A stretch of DNA of 64,000 bases from Candidatus Makaraimicrobium thalassicum (GCA_003644505.1 QNCM01000002.1:4414-68413); one strand, 5' to 3'. Positions 23,401-32,882 are shown, counted from the first letter of the stretch. A program made the numbers and translations. The notes: generated from the sequence alone by a model not told the origin.

Positions 23401-24393
23401 GACGATCCGGAGCTCAGGGATTATATCCCTTTTGACGCGGACTTATTGAGGAAAACAGGAGTTGCCCCCGTAGGTCTGGATCTTGAGATGCTGAACCTGG
23501 GGCAGGACCGCACAGGGGCATACGGAGCAGAATACCGTCAGACGCGGGACGGCCGATACAATAGTTCTCTTATGGTTGACGTTATGCTTTCGCTTTCCAT
23601 GATGAATGAGCTCGGATATCCGTTAGAGCTTTCCGAGGAGAAAAAAACTGTGGATCCGTTGTCTAACCGTTCCGCGGGAAGAACGGTCATGGCAGGAGTG
23701 GAAAAGACAGTCCCACGCCTGGTAAACGCGCTTGTCACAGCCAGCCGCAGGGTCTCACCCGCCCGTGCTAGAGCCATGGTCCAGGCCGGAGACGCGGAAA
23801 CTGCCTCAGAAAAAGAGGAAAGAAGGATCGGTATTTTTATCGATGAAAGGCTCGGCAGCGGAAAGACGGAGGAGATAATGGAAGTTCTGGAAAAGCTGAC
23901 CCACAGGGAGGGGCTCTTAGGCCGGTTGTTAAGGAACGCTGCGATTAAGTACGGTGATATAAATGATATCAGGGAAGGCCCCGCATATCTGGAAACAAGA
24001 AAGAACGTGCGCAAAGAAGACATGGTAATTATAACGCGTAATGAGGAGCTTGAATGTTTAAGGCCTTATGAAGGAAGCTCTGTCATAACCAAGGTGGATG
24101 ATGCTGACCTGGGATCAGATTCTTATTATCCTATCCTGGAGATAATTCTTTTTTCGCTCGCCCGCGCAAGTATCCTTGAATATAGGAAAGACGACCTCAT
24201 CGGATTTTATGGATCAATCCCCAATGTTGAGAGACTCGACGCGGACGCAATAGTTGATCTATGCTGGGATGAAAACATGAACAGATGTAAAAGCACGATC
24301 ATCCTCAAACTGGGGATCCCGGATGCCGGACAGATAACCGGCGAGTCGGAATTATACAAAAGCATCGCAGAATACCTCGCCCGCAACGCCTAA
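20407..24393 (+). CDS. Signal-peptide-bearing modular protein: shared N-domain, histidine kinase (H-box and HATPase_c), YvcK/CofD-like domain, shared C-terminal domain
   Basis: RBS gaggag just before the ATG. Basic then hydrophobic N-terminus ending IARA|YP. Kinase motifs FLHEIVN, LYNLIKNGFEA, VEDNGRGI, FFTTK, GTGVG. YvcK/CofD-like motifs VVHVRGGRGA, VDDGRS, ADMIIYGP. Confidence 0.9.
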   Translation: MRIHHVYSRRTKKMNRIITVVIITCFAACDIARAYPAGMRAGSGSLVQQTLFTSPDKAGSLARAAAKYLEASMAKAFAGIPLADVQATLEYIRETAFSSLRIDGRRFNVTGGAEEGQVFVTISESCVLRYFNPKMPALPLPADNLTVSWEYPINEYLGFQLLKTKPAGSTQPVESSALEAGQEDMFRRLGMNSEVFLHEIVNIQYVFSTVLEIGELRLERDGEGTTPKFAGLLELNQQMKVTINGLKELSRLFVSGRLTKEYLNQTQGCREWRGKDLTEYFFEEVEKLHDMLECVKNYHLNRYVPVFSQEHKASIKIASQLMPFACSKIAAFFRSKGGLDAIGRQQEMDVNSVIEMAAVSFFRKDKNIILSLNDVPPVMGDKLLFMEVLYNLIKNGFEAADKEGFVRVGTFLDSQSNEVVVTVEDNGRGIAPQDKDRIYEMFFTTKGELGTGVGVAFSKEIVENAGGTITFDSEYGKGTTFTIRLPASAGIDTTGNPGGILGYFKALDKQGDNAVIAGVNLADLENESDLTAYLNDYCVVQEKEVLKDLLQNRLKGGERALFDSVFNPRARLAERVKGEGRPPLKVVHVRGGRGAAKVTEELSALAREGFVDLTIIPGAVDDGRSWADMAYYLNTTGVPDMGKGYSDMGSDTDAVGFAVSRLVEGDTPCSKQEAFELLGEAIRGFKNKYHKAANADVRRLVRQFEVLDREKRERVLPCIIEFYERIKLEQRKNNLYMDIRRIPMRSVIIVGAREIFGSWQGAIDFFGEFVDSAGRVLLPTEDRLYAMALLEDGTFLPTENALNEAGKDSGYLYFTVGPGSFASKEVFEEIFYASMGRPPQEREKRIIELLRMSEYDRLKGESINLLRNMSKPEIKNFIGFIEKTFSYLSSGIMIQPSAAEAVSEADMIIYGPTDIESNIASAVIYDDIREAIERNRSAVKILIGNSRDEHHIEPPGTTISSQMERLYRYLSDQQRYRVDECDWGRLTDFVTHVIGRKYDDPELRDYIPFDADLLRKTGVAPVGLDLEMLNLGQDRTGAYGAEYRQTRDGRYNSSLMVDVMLSLSMMNELGYPLELSEEKKTVDPLSNRSAGRTVMAGVEKTVPRLVNALVTASRRVSPARARAMVQAGDAETASEKEERRIGIFIDERLGSGKTEEIMEVLEKLTHREGLLGRLLRNAAIKYGDINDIREGPAYLETRKNVRKEDMVIITRNEELECLRPYEGSSVITKVDDADLGSDSYYPILEIILFSLARASILEYRKDDLIGFYGSIPNVERLDADAIVDLCWDENMNRCKSTIILKLGIPDAGQITGESELYKSIAEYLARNA

Positions 24394-24436
24394 CGTAGAC
24401 GCTTTACGTAACCCCCTGTAAAACAAAGAGATATAA

Positions 24437-24511
24437 CATAAATATGGGTATTGTTTGAATACGCGATTCACACACCCGGAATGTGAATAAATCACAATAC
24501 CCATATTTATG
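24437..24511. repeat. Intergenic long inverted repeat (MITE/REP-like or terminator hairpin)
   Basis: Perfect 18-bp arms cataaatatgggtattgt (24437-24454) and acaatacccatatttatg (24494-24511), with an inner attcaca/tgtgaat pair. Confidence 0.7.
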
Positions 24512-24586
24512 CTGGAAGTGTCGATGATAGAAAGAGTTAAATAAAGCGTCTGTTCAAATGACTTCGCTTGCGTTATAATGTTTTTT

Positions 24587-25084
24587 ATGAAAACTGGGAG
24601 AAGAACTCTTCGGAAAAGTGAACCTCTGGAACTGAAGATCGCGGGGGTTCTTAAAAAGAAAAAAAAGACCCTGGCTGTGGCGGAATCCTGTACCGGAGGA
24701 CTGGTATCTCACAGCATAACCAATATCCCGGGCAGTTCCGTTTATTTTCTCGGAGGGGTCGTGGCTTATTCCAACAGGATCAAGGTATCAGTCCTGGCTG
24801 TTCCCCCAGTGACAATAAAAAGACACGGCGCGGTCAGCTGTCAGACCGTCAGGGCCATGGCAGAAGGTGTTAAGCGCCTTTTTAAGGCGGATATAGCGGC
24901 AGCAGTCACGGGTATCGCCGGCCCGGGCGGCGGCACAGCGGTAAAACCCGCGGGTCTGGTTTATATGGCATTCGTCTCCGGAAGAGTTAAAAAGACCAGG
25001 AAAGTTATTTTCAGAGGTGACCGTATTTCGGTCAAGAAACAGTTTTCCCGGGCAGTGTTGAAATTGATCCTGGAGAATATCTAA
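24587..25084 (+). CDS. cinA: CinA C-terminal domain protein (NMN deamidase, PncC-like)
   Basis: LAVAESCTGGLV, GVVAYSN, GAVS and VTGIAGPGGG; sits upstream of thpR-recA. Start could be 24578 or 24587. Confidence 0.9.
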   Translation: MKTGRRTLRKSEPLELKIAGVLKKKKKTLAVAESCTGGLVSHSITNIPGSSVYFLGGVVAYSNRIKVSVLAVPPVTIKRHGAVSCQTVRAMAEGVKRLFKADIAAAVTGIAGPGGGTAVKPAGLVYMAFVSGRVKKTRKVIFRGDRISVKKQFSRAVLKLILENI

Positions 25085-25686
25085 TGGCGGAAGATACGCG
25101 GCAAGCAACCCATAATACGCATAACGCGATTAGGAGCTTTATCGCGCTGGAACTTTCGGGTGAAGCCAGGGCCGAACTTTCGAGGATAACAGGGGTTTTA
25201 AAAGGAGCGGACGCTGATGTCAAATGGATCGCCCCGGGATCCGTGCATCTCACGTTAAAGTTTCTCGGCTATGTTCCGGAGGGAAAGATCCCGCGGATCG
25301 CGGAGAGATTAAAAGCGATAGCGGCGGCAGTGCCGCCGTTCAAAATAACACTTGGCAGTATCGGTGTTTTTCCCTGCTGGAGCCGCGCCAGAGTGGTGTG
25401 GGTAGGCGTGGGAGAGGGGAGAGATCACGTAGAAGACCTTGCCGGCCGGGCAGAAGAAGCCATGGCCGAAGAGGGATTCGAGAAGCAGCAGCGCGCTTTC
25501 AGCTCGCATCTTACTGTCGGGAGGATAAAAAGAGCGAGGAATAGAAACAGATTGAAAAAAACGGCCGGTTCCATAACGGTCAAGCCGGCTCCCAGTCATA
25601 TCTCGAGAATAGTCCTTTTTAAATCCGTTCTTACCCCCAAAGGCGCTTTATATACTCCTCTGGATATCGTCGATCTTAAAGGATAA
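25084..25686 (+). CDS. thpR: RNA 2',3'-cyclic phosphodiesterase (2H phosphoesterase)
   Basis: RSFIALE and two HxT motifs (HLTLKFLG, HLTVGR). Confidence 0.92.
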   Translation: MAEDTRQATHNTHNAIRSFIALELSGEARAELSRITGVLKGADADVKWIAPGSVHLTLKFLGYVPEGKIPRIAERLKAIAAAVPPFKITLGSIGVFPCWSRARVVWVGVGEGRDHVEDLAGRAEEAMAEEGFEKQQRAFSSHLTVGRIKRARNRNRLKKTAGSITVKPAPSHISRIVLFKSVLTPKGALYTPLDIVDLKG

Positions 25687-25721
25687 GATATCGGCGACGT
25701 ATAGCCCCCGATCCATAGTTC

Positions 25722-25769
25722 CCGATCCCGCATCGGAACTTGTTCCGATGCGGGATCGGATTGTTTTTG
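25722..25769 (+). terminator. Perfect GC-rich hairpin after thpR (REP-like palindrome or intrinsic terminator)
   Basis: ccgatcccgcatcggaac-tt-gttccgatgcgggatcgg followed by attgtttttg. Confidence 0.6.
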
Positions 25770-25900
25770 CCCGTTATGAAAAAAAATGAAAGAAAAATGT
25801 TTTAAATTGTGTCTTATTTATAGTGGGAGTCTGGAACAGACAGCGAGTTGCTCCGGACTCAAACGAGGTCTTAATATAGAATAATATTTAATAAAAGACT

Positions 25901-25929
25901 TTGCAAAAAACAAAGCATATTTGTATAAT
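25901..25929 (+). promoter_or_regulatory. Sigma70-type promoter of recA
   Basis: TTGCAA (25901-25906), 17-nt spacer, TATAAT (25924-25929), with AT-rich sequence upstream. Confidence 0.7.
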
Positions 25930-25971
25930 AAGTCAATTAATATTGATTCTTAAAAAGACAGGGGGTAGATC

Positions 25972-27027
25972 ATGGTAAAAAAAGACAGGAGCAAATCCAG
26001 CGAAAAAAAGACTGCCGCTGAAGGAACAGCGGCGAAGGATACAGCCAGAAAGAAGGCACTGGAACTGGCGCTCAGCAGGATCCAGAAGGATTTCGGTGAA
26101 GGCGCGATAATGAAGATGGGGGAAGGATATAAAGTGAAGGTAGAGGCCATATCGACCGGTTCGATCGGTCTGGATCTGGCGCTGGGGGTAAACGGCGTGC
26201 CGCGCGGAAGGGTCGTCGAAATATTCGGTCCTGAATCAAGCGGGAAAACCACGCTTACTTTAAATATCCTTGCCAACGCGCAGAAAGCCGGGGGTGAGGC
26301 GGCTTTTATAGACGCTGAGCACGCGTTTGATCCGGCTTACGCCAGAAAGATCGGGATTAATCTGGACAGCCTGTTGATATCCCAACCGGATAACGGGGAA
26401 CAGGCTCTGGAGATTACTGAGGCCCTGGTCCGGAGCAACGCTATTGATGTTATAGCCATAGACTCGGTAGCTGCCCTGACACCGAGGAAGGAGATCGAGG
26501 GCGAGATGGGGGATTCCCATGTAGGATTACAGGCCCGCCTTATGAGCCAGGCTCTCAGGAAGCTGACAGGCGCCATAAGCAAGTCAAAAACCTGTGTTAT
26601 TTTCATCAACCAGATCAGGATGAAGATAGGCGTGATGTTCGGTAATCCTGAGACCACCACAGGCGGTAGAGCCCTGAAATTCTATTCATCGGTACGGATC
26701 GACCTGAGGCGCATCGCGTCCCTGAAAAAGAGCGACAAGGTCATAGGCAGCCGCGTCAGAGCGAAAGTCGTCAAAAATAAGATGGCTCCGCCGTTCAGGC
26801 AGTCGGAATTTGACATCATGTTTGATGAAGGGATATCCCGGTCCTCAAGCATCATTGATATGGCGGAAGAAGCCGGGGTGATCAAAAAGAGCGGAACCTG
26901 GCTTTCCTTCGGCGATGAGAAGATCGGGCAGGGAAAAGAGAACGCGCGGATGTACCTCAAGGAAAACGCCCGGATGCTGAACAGGATCGAAGGTGAAGTC
27001 AGGAAGGCCTTGCGCACAGCGCACTGA
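25972..27027 (+). CDS. recA: Recombinase RecA
   Basis: [22 protein letters not shown] and [13 protein letters not shown]. Confidence 0.99.
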   Translation: MVKKDRSKSSEKKTAAEGTAAKDTARKKALELALSRIQKDFGEGAIMKMGEGYKVKVEAISTGSIGLDLALGVNGVPRGRVVEIFGPESSGKTTLTLNILANAQKAGGEAAFIDAEHAFDPAYARKIGINLDSLLISQPDNGEQALEITEALVRSNAIDVIAIDSVAALTPRKEIEGEMGDSHVGLQARLMSQALRKLTGAISKSKTCVIFINQIRMKIGVMFGNPETTTGGRALKFYSSVRIDLRRIASLKKSDKVIGSRVRAKVVKNKMAPPFRQSEFDIMFDEGISRSSSIIDMAEEAGVIKKSGTWLSFGDEKIGQGKENARMYLKENARMLNRIEGEVRKALRTAH

Positions 27028-27147
27028 TATGCGGTTCCGGAGTAACTGTTCAGTGCGGGGGAACGCGGAATAAAAAGCTCCTTACGATGAGGAAAGGGGA
27101 TTTTTTTTGATTTTCCCCGGTTCCTGCCGGCCGGACGATCAGGACTT

Positions 27148-27636
27148 ATGAATAAGGCACGGGACAAAGAGTTGAAAAATGGGAAGAGTTACTGTATGCG
27201 TTTACTGTCCCTGCGGCCCAGAAGCGAACATGAGATAGATGACCGGCTGGAAGGCCGGGGATACGATGACCGGGCGCGAAAATGTATACTGGAGTCACTT
27301 AAGATCAGCGGTCTTGTGGATGACCTGAAGTTCGCGAGGGAGTGGATCGATTCCCGGGTTCGGTCAAATCCCCGCGGGATAAAGATCCTCAGGGGCGAGT
27401 TGAGAAAAAAGCAGGTTCCGGAGAGCATCATTGAGGAAGCGGTGAGAGAGCGTGCGGCGGAACTGGATGACCGGGCGGTCGCGGACGCGTTGGTCAGAAA
27501 AAGACTGCGCGCTGCAAAGGACCCTTCCCATATAAATACAGAACTAAAGGGAAAGTTGTTCCGGTTCCTTGTCGGGAAAGGAGTTGATATGGAGGTCGCC
27601 GAGGAGGCGGTAAACAGGGGGTTGGGAGGAACCTAG
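27148..27636 (+). CDS. recX: Regulatory protein RecX
   Basis: LLSLRPRSEHEI, GLVDDLKFA and PRG..ILRGELRKK; directly after recA. Confidence 0.88.
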   Translation: MNKARDKELKNGKSYCMRLLSLRPRSEHEIDDRLEGRGYDDRARKCILESLKISGLVDDLKFAREWIDSRVRSNPRGIKILRGELRKKQVPESIIEEAVRERAAELDDRAVADALVRKRLRAAKDPSHINTELKGKLFRFLVGKGVDMEVAEEAVNRGLGGT

Positions 27637-27645
27637 AGAATAGCC

Positions 27646-30360
27646 ATGATATCCGGGGAGATACGGAAAAGGTTTCTTGATTTTTTTAAGGATAGAGGAC
27701 ACACTGTCGTGCGAAGTGATCTTCTAGTCCCCAAAAGTGATCCGACATTGCTGTTCACGGGCGCCGGCATGAACCAGTTCAAGGAACAGTTCATGGGAAA
27801 GAACATTACCTTCAAACGGGCGGTCTCGTGTCAGAAGTGTCTGCGGACAGCCGACCTGGAGAATGTGGGCAGGACGCCGCAGCATCACACCTTTTTCGAG
27901 ATGCTGGGAAACTTTTCCTTTGGGGACTATTTCAAGAAAGAGGCCATTCAATGGGCCTGGGAGTTCATGACGAAAGAGATGGGGCTTCCCGAAGAACGGT
28001 TGTGGGTATCCGTTTATGAGGAGGACGAGGAATCATATTCTATCTGGCTTGACAGTATAAAAGTTCCCGCGGACAGGATCGTCAAACTCGGTCCGGATGA
28101 CAATTTCTGGCCGGCGAACGCTCCCGCAAAAGGCCCGAACGGCCCGTGCGGCCCGTGTTCCGAGATCTTTTATGACCGGGGCAGGGATACAGGGTGCGGG
28201 AGCCGCTCATGCGGGCCTTCATGCGACTGCGGCAGGTTCGTGGAAGTGTGGAATCTTGTGTTCACCGAATTCGAAAGGAAGGACGACGGCGCCCTGGAGC
28301 CGTTGCCGAACAGGAACATAGATACCGGCATGGGGCTGGAGCGTATCGCTTCGCTTCTGCAGGGGGTAAAGACGAATTTCCATACCGATATTTTCAGGCC
28401 GATCATCGAGCAGATAAAGAAGCTGCTGGGGGATGAGGCAAAGACAATGCCGGTTGAGGATTTTTACCTAATAGCCGATCATCTCCGGGCGGCGGCATTT
28501 GCCATAGGGGACGGGGTCTCGCCGTCCAATGAGAGACGGGGATATGTCGTGAGAAAACTCATCAGGAGAGCCTATTTGAAAGGCGGGTGCAAGGGGCCGT
28601 TCTTATATAATCTTGTCCCCGGGGTGACAGGCCTTACAAGAGAGGTTTATCCTGAAATAGAGGAGAAAAGGGAGCATATCAGCGCGATCATAGAAGAAGA
28701 AGAGAAGAGGTTCGGCGATACTCTGAGTGCGGCCGCGCCTGTCCTTGACAGCATGATATCCGGCAGTGCCGGAACGCTGGAGGGCGGACAGATATTTAAG
28801 ATGGTAGATACTTACGGGCTTCCTCTTGACGTGATCGCGCAGGAGGCGGGTAAAAAGGGGGTTTCTCTCGATGTTCAGGGGTTTGAGCATCTTATGGCGG
28901 AGAGAAGAGAGCAATCCCGCAAAGGCAGCGATATGTCCGGTGATTTTATTTTCCAGCCGGATCTCTTTGTCCGCGCTCCCAGGCCTTCCTATTCGGAAGA
29001 TCTGCCGTTGGAAGCGGGTCTGGAGTTCATCATTAAAAAGGATGAACTTTCGGATGAGATACGTGAAGGGGAATACGCGGAGATAATAATTTCTCCTCAG
29101 AGCAGCAGATTTTACGCTGAAGCCGGCGGTCAGGTCGGCGATGCGGGGAGTATCGCCAAAGAGGGCGGGTGGATGGATGTCATAAATACCTTTGAGGTCA
29201 GCGGCAGGAAGGTCTTTGGTGTCCGTGTAAAAAAAGGATGTTTTAGAAAAAATGACAGGGTCATCCTTAACCTTGACGAGGACAGGAAGGCCAGGACCGC
29301 GAGGAACCATACTGCCACGCATCTTCTGCAGGCCGCGCTTCGCCGTGTGCTGGGAGAACAGGTAAAACAGTCGGGCTCTTTTGTGGACGACAAAAGGTTA
29401 AGGTTCGATTTTACTCATATGAAAAAACTGTCGTCCAGGGAACTGGCGAAGGTTGAGGAAATGGTCAACGGCTGGATAGAAGAGGGCATTTCCGTAACCA
29501 GCCGCACAAAGACGCTGAAAGAGGCGGAGGAGGAAGGGGCCCTTTCCTTCTTCGGTGAAAAATACGGCGATACCGTTCGTGTCGTGGGCATAGGTGACCG
29601 GTCGAAAGAGCTTTGCGGCGGCACCCATGTGGACAACACGGCCGATATAGAGATAATAAAGATCATCAGTGAAAGCTCTGTGGCCAGCGGGATCAGGCGT
29701 ATAGAGGCACTGACCGGCGAGAATGCCGCGAACTGGATCAGGAAGACCGTGGCGGTTTTTCTGCATGAGTTCAGCGCGGCTTCTCACGGCACCAGTGATC
29801 TTGAGCTGGAAAAAGGCATAAAAAGTTATGCCGATGACATAACCAGCGGCAGGATCAAGATAGACAGGAACGTAATGCATGATTTTGAGGTAAGGATCAA
29901 ACCCGCGTTCCTGAAAGCGCGTGAACTGCTGAAAAGAACCGCGAAGAAACGTCAGAAGGATAAAGAAGCCGGCGTCTTTAACAGGGCGAAAGAGAAGATG
30001 GACGGGATCGCCGCTCATCCGGCCGTGTTCGGCGGGATAAATCTTGTTTCAGGTATCCTGGAAGGCCTGGAAATGCCGCTGCTCCGAAAAGCCGCGGGTT
30101 ATCTTGAAAAGAAAGTGGGGTCAGCCGTAATATTGCTGGGCAGCAGTAAGGGCGATAAGGCGTATCTGGTCTGTGCCGTGACATCCGATCTTACGGACAG
30201 AGGCATAGACGCAGGGGAGATCATAAAGGGTATAGCCGCAAGCATCGGCGGCAACGGCGGCGGAAGAGCGGCGTTCGCCCAGGCCGGAGGCGGGAAGCCG
30301 GATGGCCTGCCCTCCGCTGTGGAAGAGGCCGGACATCTCATCGGGCGGATAAGTGCGTGA
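27646..30360 (+). CDS. alaS: Alanine--tRNA ligase
   Basis: DPTLLFTGAGMNQFK, HHTFFEMLGNFSFGDYFK, editing motifs NHTATHLL and ELCGGTHV, C-terminal GGGRAAFAQAGG. Confidence 0.99.
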   Translation: MISGEIRKRFLDFFKDRGHTVVRSDLLVPKSDPTLLFTGAGMNQFKEQFMGKNITFKRAVSCQKCLRTADLENVGRTPQHHTFFEMLGNFSFGDYFKKEAIQWAWEFMTKEMGLPEERLWVSVYEEDEESYSIWLDSIKVPADRIVKLGPDDNFWPANAPAKGPNGPCGPCSEIFYDRGRDTGCGSRSCGPSCDCGRFVEVWNLVFTEFERKDDGALEPLPNRNIDTGMGLERIASLLQGVKTNFHTDIFRPIIEQIKKLLGDEAKTMPVEDFYLIADHLRAAAFAIGDGVSPSNERRGYVVRKLIRRAYLKGGCKGPFLYNLVPGVTGLTREVYPEIEEKREHISAIIEEEEKRFGDTLSAAAPVLDSMISGSAGTLEGGQIFKMVDTYGLPLDVIAQEAGKKGVSLDVQGFEHLMAERREQSRKGSDMSGDFIFQPDLFVRAPRPSYSEDLPLEAGLEFIIKKDELSDEIREGEYAEIIISPQSSRFYAEAGGQVGDAGSIAKEGGWMDVINTFEVSGRKVFGVRVKKGCFRKNDRVILNLDEDRKARTARNHTATHLLQAALRRVLGEQVKQSGSFVDDKRLRFDFTHMKKLSSRELAKVEEMVNGWIEEGISVTSRTKTLKEAEEEGALSFFGEKYGDTVRVVGIGDRSKELCGGTHVDNTADIEIIKIISESSVASGIRRIEALTGENAANWIRKTVAVFLHEFSAASHGTSDLELEKGIKSYADDITSGRIKIDRNVMHDFEVRIKPAFLKARELLKRTAKKRQKDKEAGVFNRAKEKMDGIAAHPAVFGGINLVSGILEGLEMPLLRKAAGYLEKKVGSAVILLGSSKGDKAYLVCAVTSDLTDRGIDAGEIIKGIAASIGGNGGGRAAFAQAGGGKPDGLPSAVEEAGHLIGRISA

Positions 30361-30383
30361 TCAACAGAAGATAAGGGGTTGTT

Positions 30384-31607
30384 ATGCGAAGCGTCAAAGT
30401 GGGCAGTAAGGTGTTCGGCAATCTGGTCAACAGGGGTGGCTGTGGAAGGGTACGCCTCCAGAAAAAAGTCAGCAGCATAATCGAGAAGGTGCGCAGTGAA
30501 GGGGACAGCGCCCTGATCAGATATACGACTAAATTCGACAAGATAAACATGAAGAAAAAGGACCTCCGCGTTACCGAGGCGGAGATCAGCGGCGCTTATC
30601 AGGATATAAAACCCGAGATTATCAATACGCTGAAAGAGATCATAGGGAACATAAACAAGTTTTATACGAACCAGGTCCCTAAGTCCTGGTCGATCCGGCA
30701 GGAATCCGGTATCGAACTTGGAGAGAAATTCGCGCCTATCGAGAAGGTCGGAGTATATGTCCCCAGCGGGACGGTCCCTCTGGTATCAAGTGTTTATATG
30801 ACTGTCCTGCCCGCGAGGATCGCCGGCGTGAAAAAGATCGTTATGATGTCCCCTCCGAACAGATATAAGAGCATCGACCCTCATATCCTCGTGGTGGCGA
30901 ACCTTTTCAAGGTCGATGAGATATACAAAGTCGGGGGGGCACAGGCGGTCGCGGCCATGGCGTTCGGCACGAAGAGCATACCGAAAGTGGACAAGATCGT
31001 CGGGCCGGGTAACGAGTATGTTACCGAGGCAAAACGCCAGGTCTTCGGGTATTGCGATATAGACATGCTTGCCGGGCCGAGCGAGGTGCTGATAATAGCC
31101 AACCATTACGCGAACATCGATTATCTCAGGAAGGACCTTATGTCCCAGGCAGAGCACCATAAGGGGTTATCCATTCTTGTTACACCGTCGAAGAAGGTGT
31201 TTAACGCCCTGTATAAGGATCCGGACATAAAGGGATACCTTATCAAGGTCAAGAACCTTGAGGAGGCGGCGGAAGTAAGTAATATGATCGCGCCGGAACA
31301 CCTGCAGCTTATGGTGAAATCCCCGAAAAGGGTATTGAAGAATATCACTAACGCAGGGGCTATTTTCCTCGGGCAGTATACGCCTGTGGCCATAGGGGAC
31401 TACATCGCCGGCCCCAGCCATGTCCTGCCGACCGGCGGGACAGCGCGGTATTCGTCCGGGCTGAACCTGAGAAGTTTCATCAAGAGCTCGCATATTATTT
31501 CTTATTCCCGCAGGGCTCTTTGCGGGTCAGCCGGCTGGGTGCGGGGGCTCACGGAGCTGGAAAATCTGGAAAAACACTGGGAATCGCTCAGTGTGAGGTG
31601 TGAGTGA
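30384..31607 (+). CDS. hisD: Histidinol dehydrogenase
   Basis: [27 protein letters not shown] and [12 protein letters not shown]. Confidence 0.97.
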   Translation: MRSVKVGSKVFGNLVNRGGCGRVRLQKKVSSIIEKVRSEGDSALIRYTTKFDKINMKKKDLRVTEAEISGAYQDIKPEIINTLKEIIGNINKFYTNQVPKSWSIRQESGIELGEKFAPIEKVGVYVPSGTVPLVSSVYMTVLPARIAGVKKIVMMSPPNRYKSIDPHILVVANLFKVDEIYKVGGAQAVAAMAFGTKSIPKVDKIVGPGNEYVTEAKRQVFGYCDIDMLAGPSEVLIIANHYANIDYLRKDLMSQAEHHKGLSILVTPSKKVFNALYKDPDIKGYLIKVKNLEEAAEVSNMIAPEHLQLMVKSPKRVLKNITNAGAIFLGQYTPVAIGDYIAGPSHVLPTGGTARYSSGLNLRSFIKSSHIISYSRRALCGSAGWVRGLTELENLEKHWESLSVRCE

Positions 31608-31620
31608 GAACGGAGGGCTA

Positions 31621-32253
31621 ATGAACCTATTCAGAAGAACAAAGAATAAAGAGAGGGTTACCGCATACGAAAGAAGGTCCAAAGAGACGCAGATCGAAAT
31701 ACCGCTGCTGAATATTGACGGTTCGGGGAAAAGTGAAATATCCACGTCAATAGGTTTTCTCGACCACATGCTTACGCTACTGGCGTATCACGGTTATTTT
31801 GACCTGAAGATCAAGGCCAGCGGCGACACACAGGTGGACAACCATCATCTCAACGAAGACATAGGGATAGCTCTCGGCGAAGCTTTCAAAAAAGCCCTTG
31901 GCGATTGCAAAGGCATAGCAAGAACAGCTTCAGCGGAAGTGTCCATGGATATGGCAAGCGCGAAGGTCCTGGTGGATCTGTCCAACCGGGCCGCGTTTAA
32001 GTTTAAACTGGCAGGGATTCTAGAGGTGTCAATATCGGACACGGAGGGATATTCGGTCGATCTCGGCAAAGATCTACTGGAGAGTTTCGCGAAAAAGCTT
32101 TGCATGAACCTCCATATAGAAATAGCGGGGGAGGGAGACATGCATCACTATCTTGAGGCGGCCTTCAAGGCCCTGGGCATAGCCCTGGATAAAGCTACCC
32201 GTATCGATCCCCGCAGGGCCGGTGAGGTCCCGTCGAGCAAGGGAATACTTTAG
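31621..32253 (+). CDS. hisB: Imidazoleglycerol-phosphate dehydratase
   Basis: GFLDHML, VDNHHLNEDIGI, HHYLEAAFKA and PSSKG. Start placed at ATG 31621 after ggagg; ORF track starts at 31600. Confidence 0.95.
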   Translation: MNLFRRTKNKERVTAYERRSKETQIEIPLLNIDGSGKSEISTSIGFLDHMLTLLAYHGYFDLKIKASGDTQVDNHHLNEDIGIALGEAFKKALGDCKGIARTASAEVSMDMASAKVLVDLSNRAAFKFKLAGILEVSISDTEGYSVDLGKDLLESFAKKLCMNLHIEIAGEGDMHHYLEAAFKALGIALDKATRIDPRRAGEVPSSKGIL

Positions 32254-32273
32254 TGAATAGTGAAAGGTGAATA

Positions 32274-32882
32274 GTGATTGGAATTATTGATTACGGTTCC
32301 GGGAATCTGCGGAGCGTTGTTAGCGCTTTCCGCTATCTCAAACAGGATGTTGAGGTGTGTGAAGACCCCCGCGCCCTGGCGCGCGCCCGCAGGATCGTGC
32401 TTCCCGGAGTCGGGTCGTCGGCGGGCGCGATGAAAGGGCTCCGCCAGAGAGGTCTTGTAGAGCCGTTGCTGGAACATATAAGCAGCGGCAGGCCTTTTCT
32501 GGGGATATGCCTCGGGCTTCAGCTTCTCTTTACCCGGAGCTCCGAGGGCGGCGGATGCGATTGCCTGGATGTGGTCCGCGGGGAAGTGAAACTCTTTCCC
32601 GGCGATGCGGGGTTGAAGGTCCCGCAGATAGGATGGAACACGGTCAAGATCAGCGGCAAAAACTGCCCCATTTTTGAAGGCATAGAAGACGAGACTTACT
32701 TTTACTTTGTGCATTCGTATTATTGTGATAACGGTGAACCGGAATGTACCGCCGGCGTGACGGAATACGGCGTTCTATATACTTCCGTGTTGTGGCGGGC
32801 TAATGTTTTCGCCGTGCAGTTTCACCCGGAAAGGTCGCAGTCCAGCGGCCTGAAAATGCTGGAGAATTTTACGCGGTTATGA
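32274..32882 (+). CDS. hisH: Imidazole glycerol phosphate synthase glutaminase subunit
   Basis: IIDYGSGNLRSV, LGICLGLQ, YFVHSY and QFHPE. Confidence 0.97.
   Translation: MIGIIDYGSGNLRSVVSAFRYLKQDVEVCEDPRALARARRIVLPGVGSSAGAMKGLRQRGLVEPLLEHISSGRPFLGICLGLQLLFTRSSEGGGCDCLDVVRGEVKLFPGDAGLKVPQIGWNTVKISGKNCPIFEGIEDETYFYFVHSYYCDNGEPECTAGVTEYGVLYTSVLWRANVFAVQFHPERSQSSGLKMLENFTRL

Noticed and set aside
25780-25971. LexA (SOS) box upstream of recA
   Set aside because: No convincing match to the LexA motifs I know (CTGT-N8-ACAG, GAAC-N4-GTTC) overlapping the promoter; a lineage-specific box cannot be excluded
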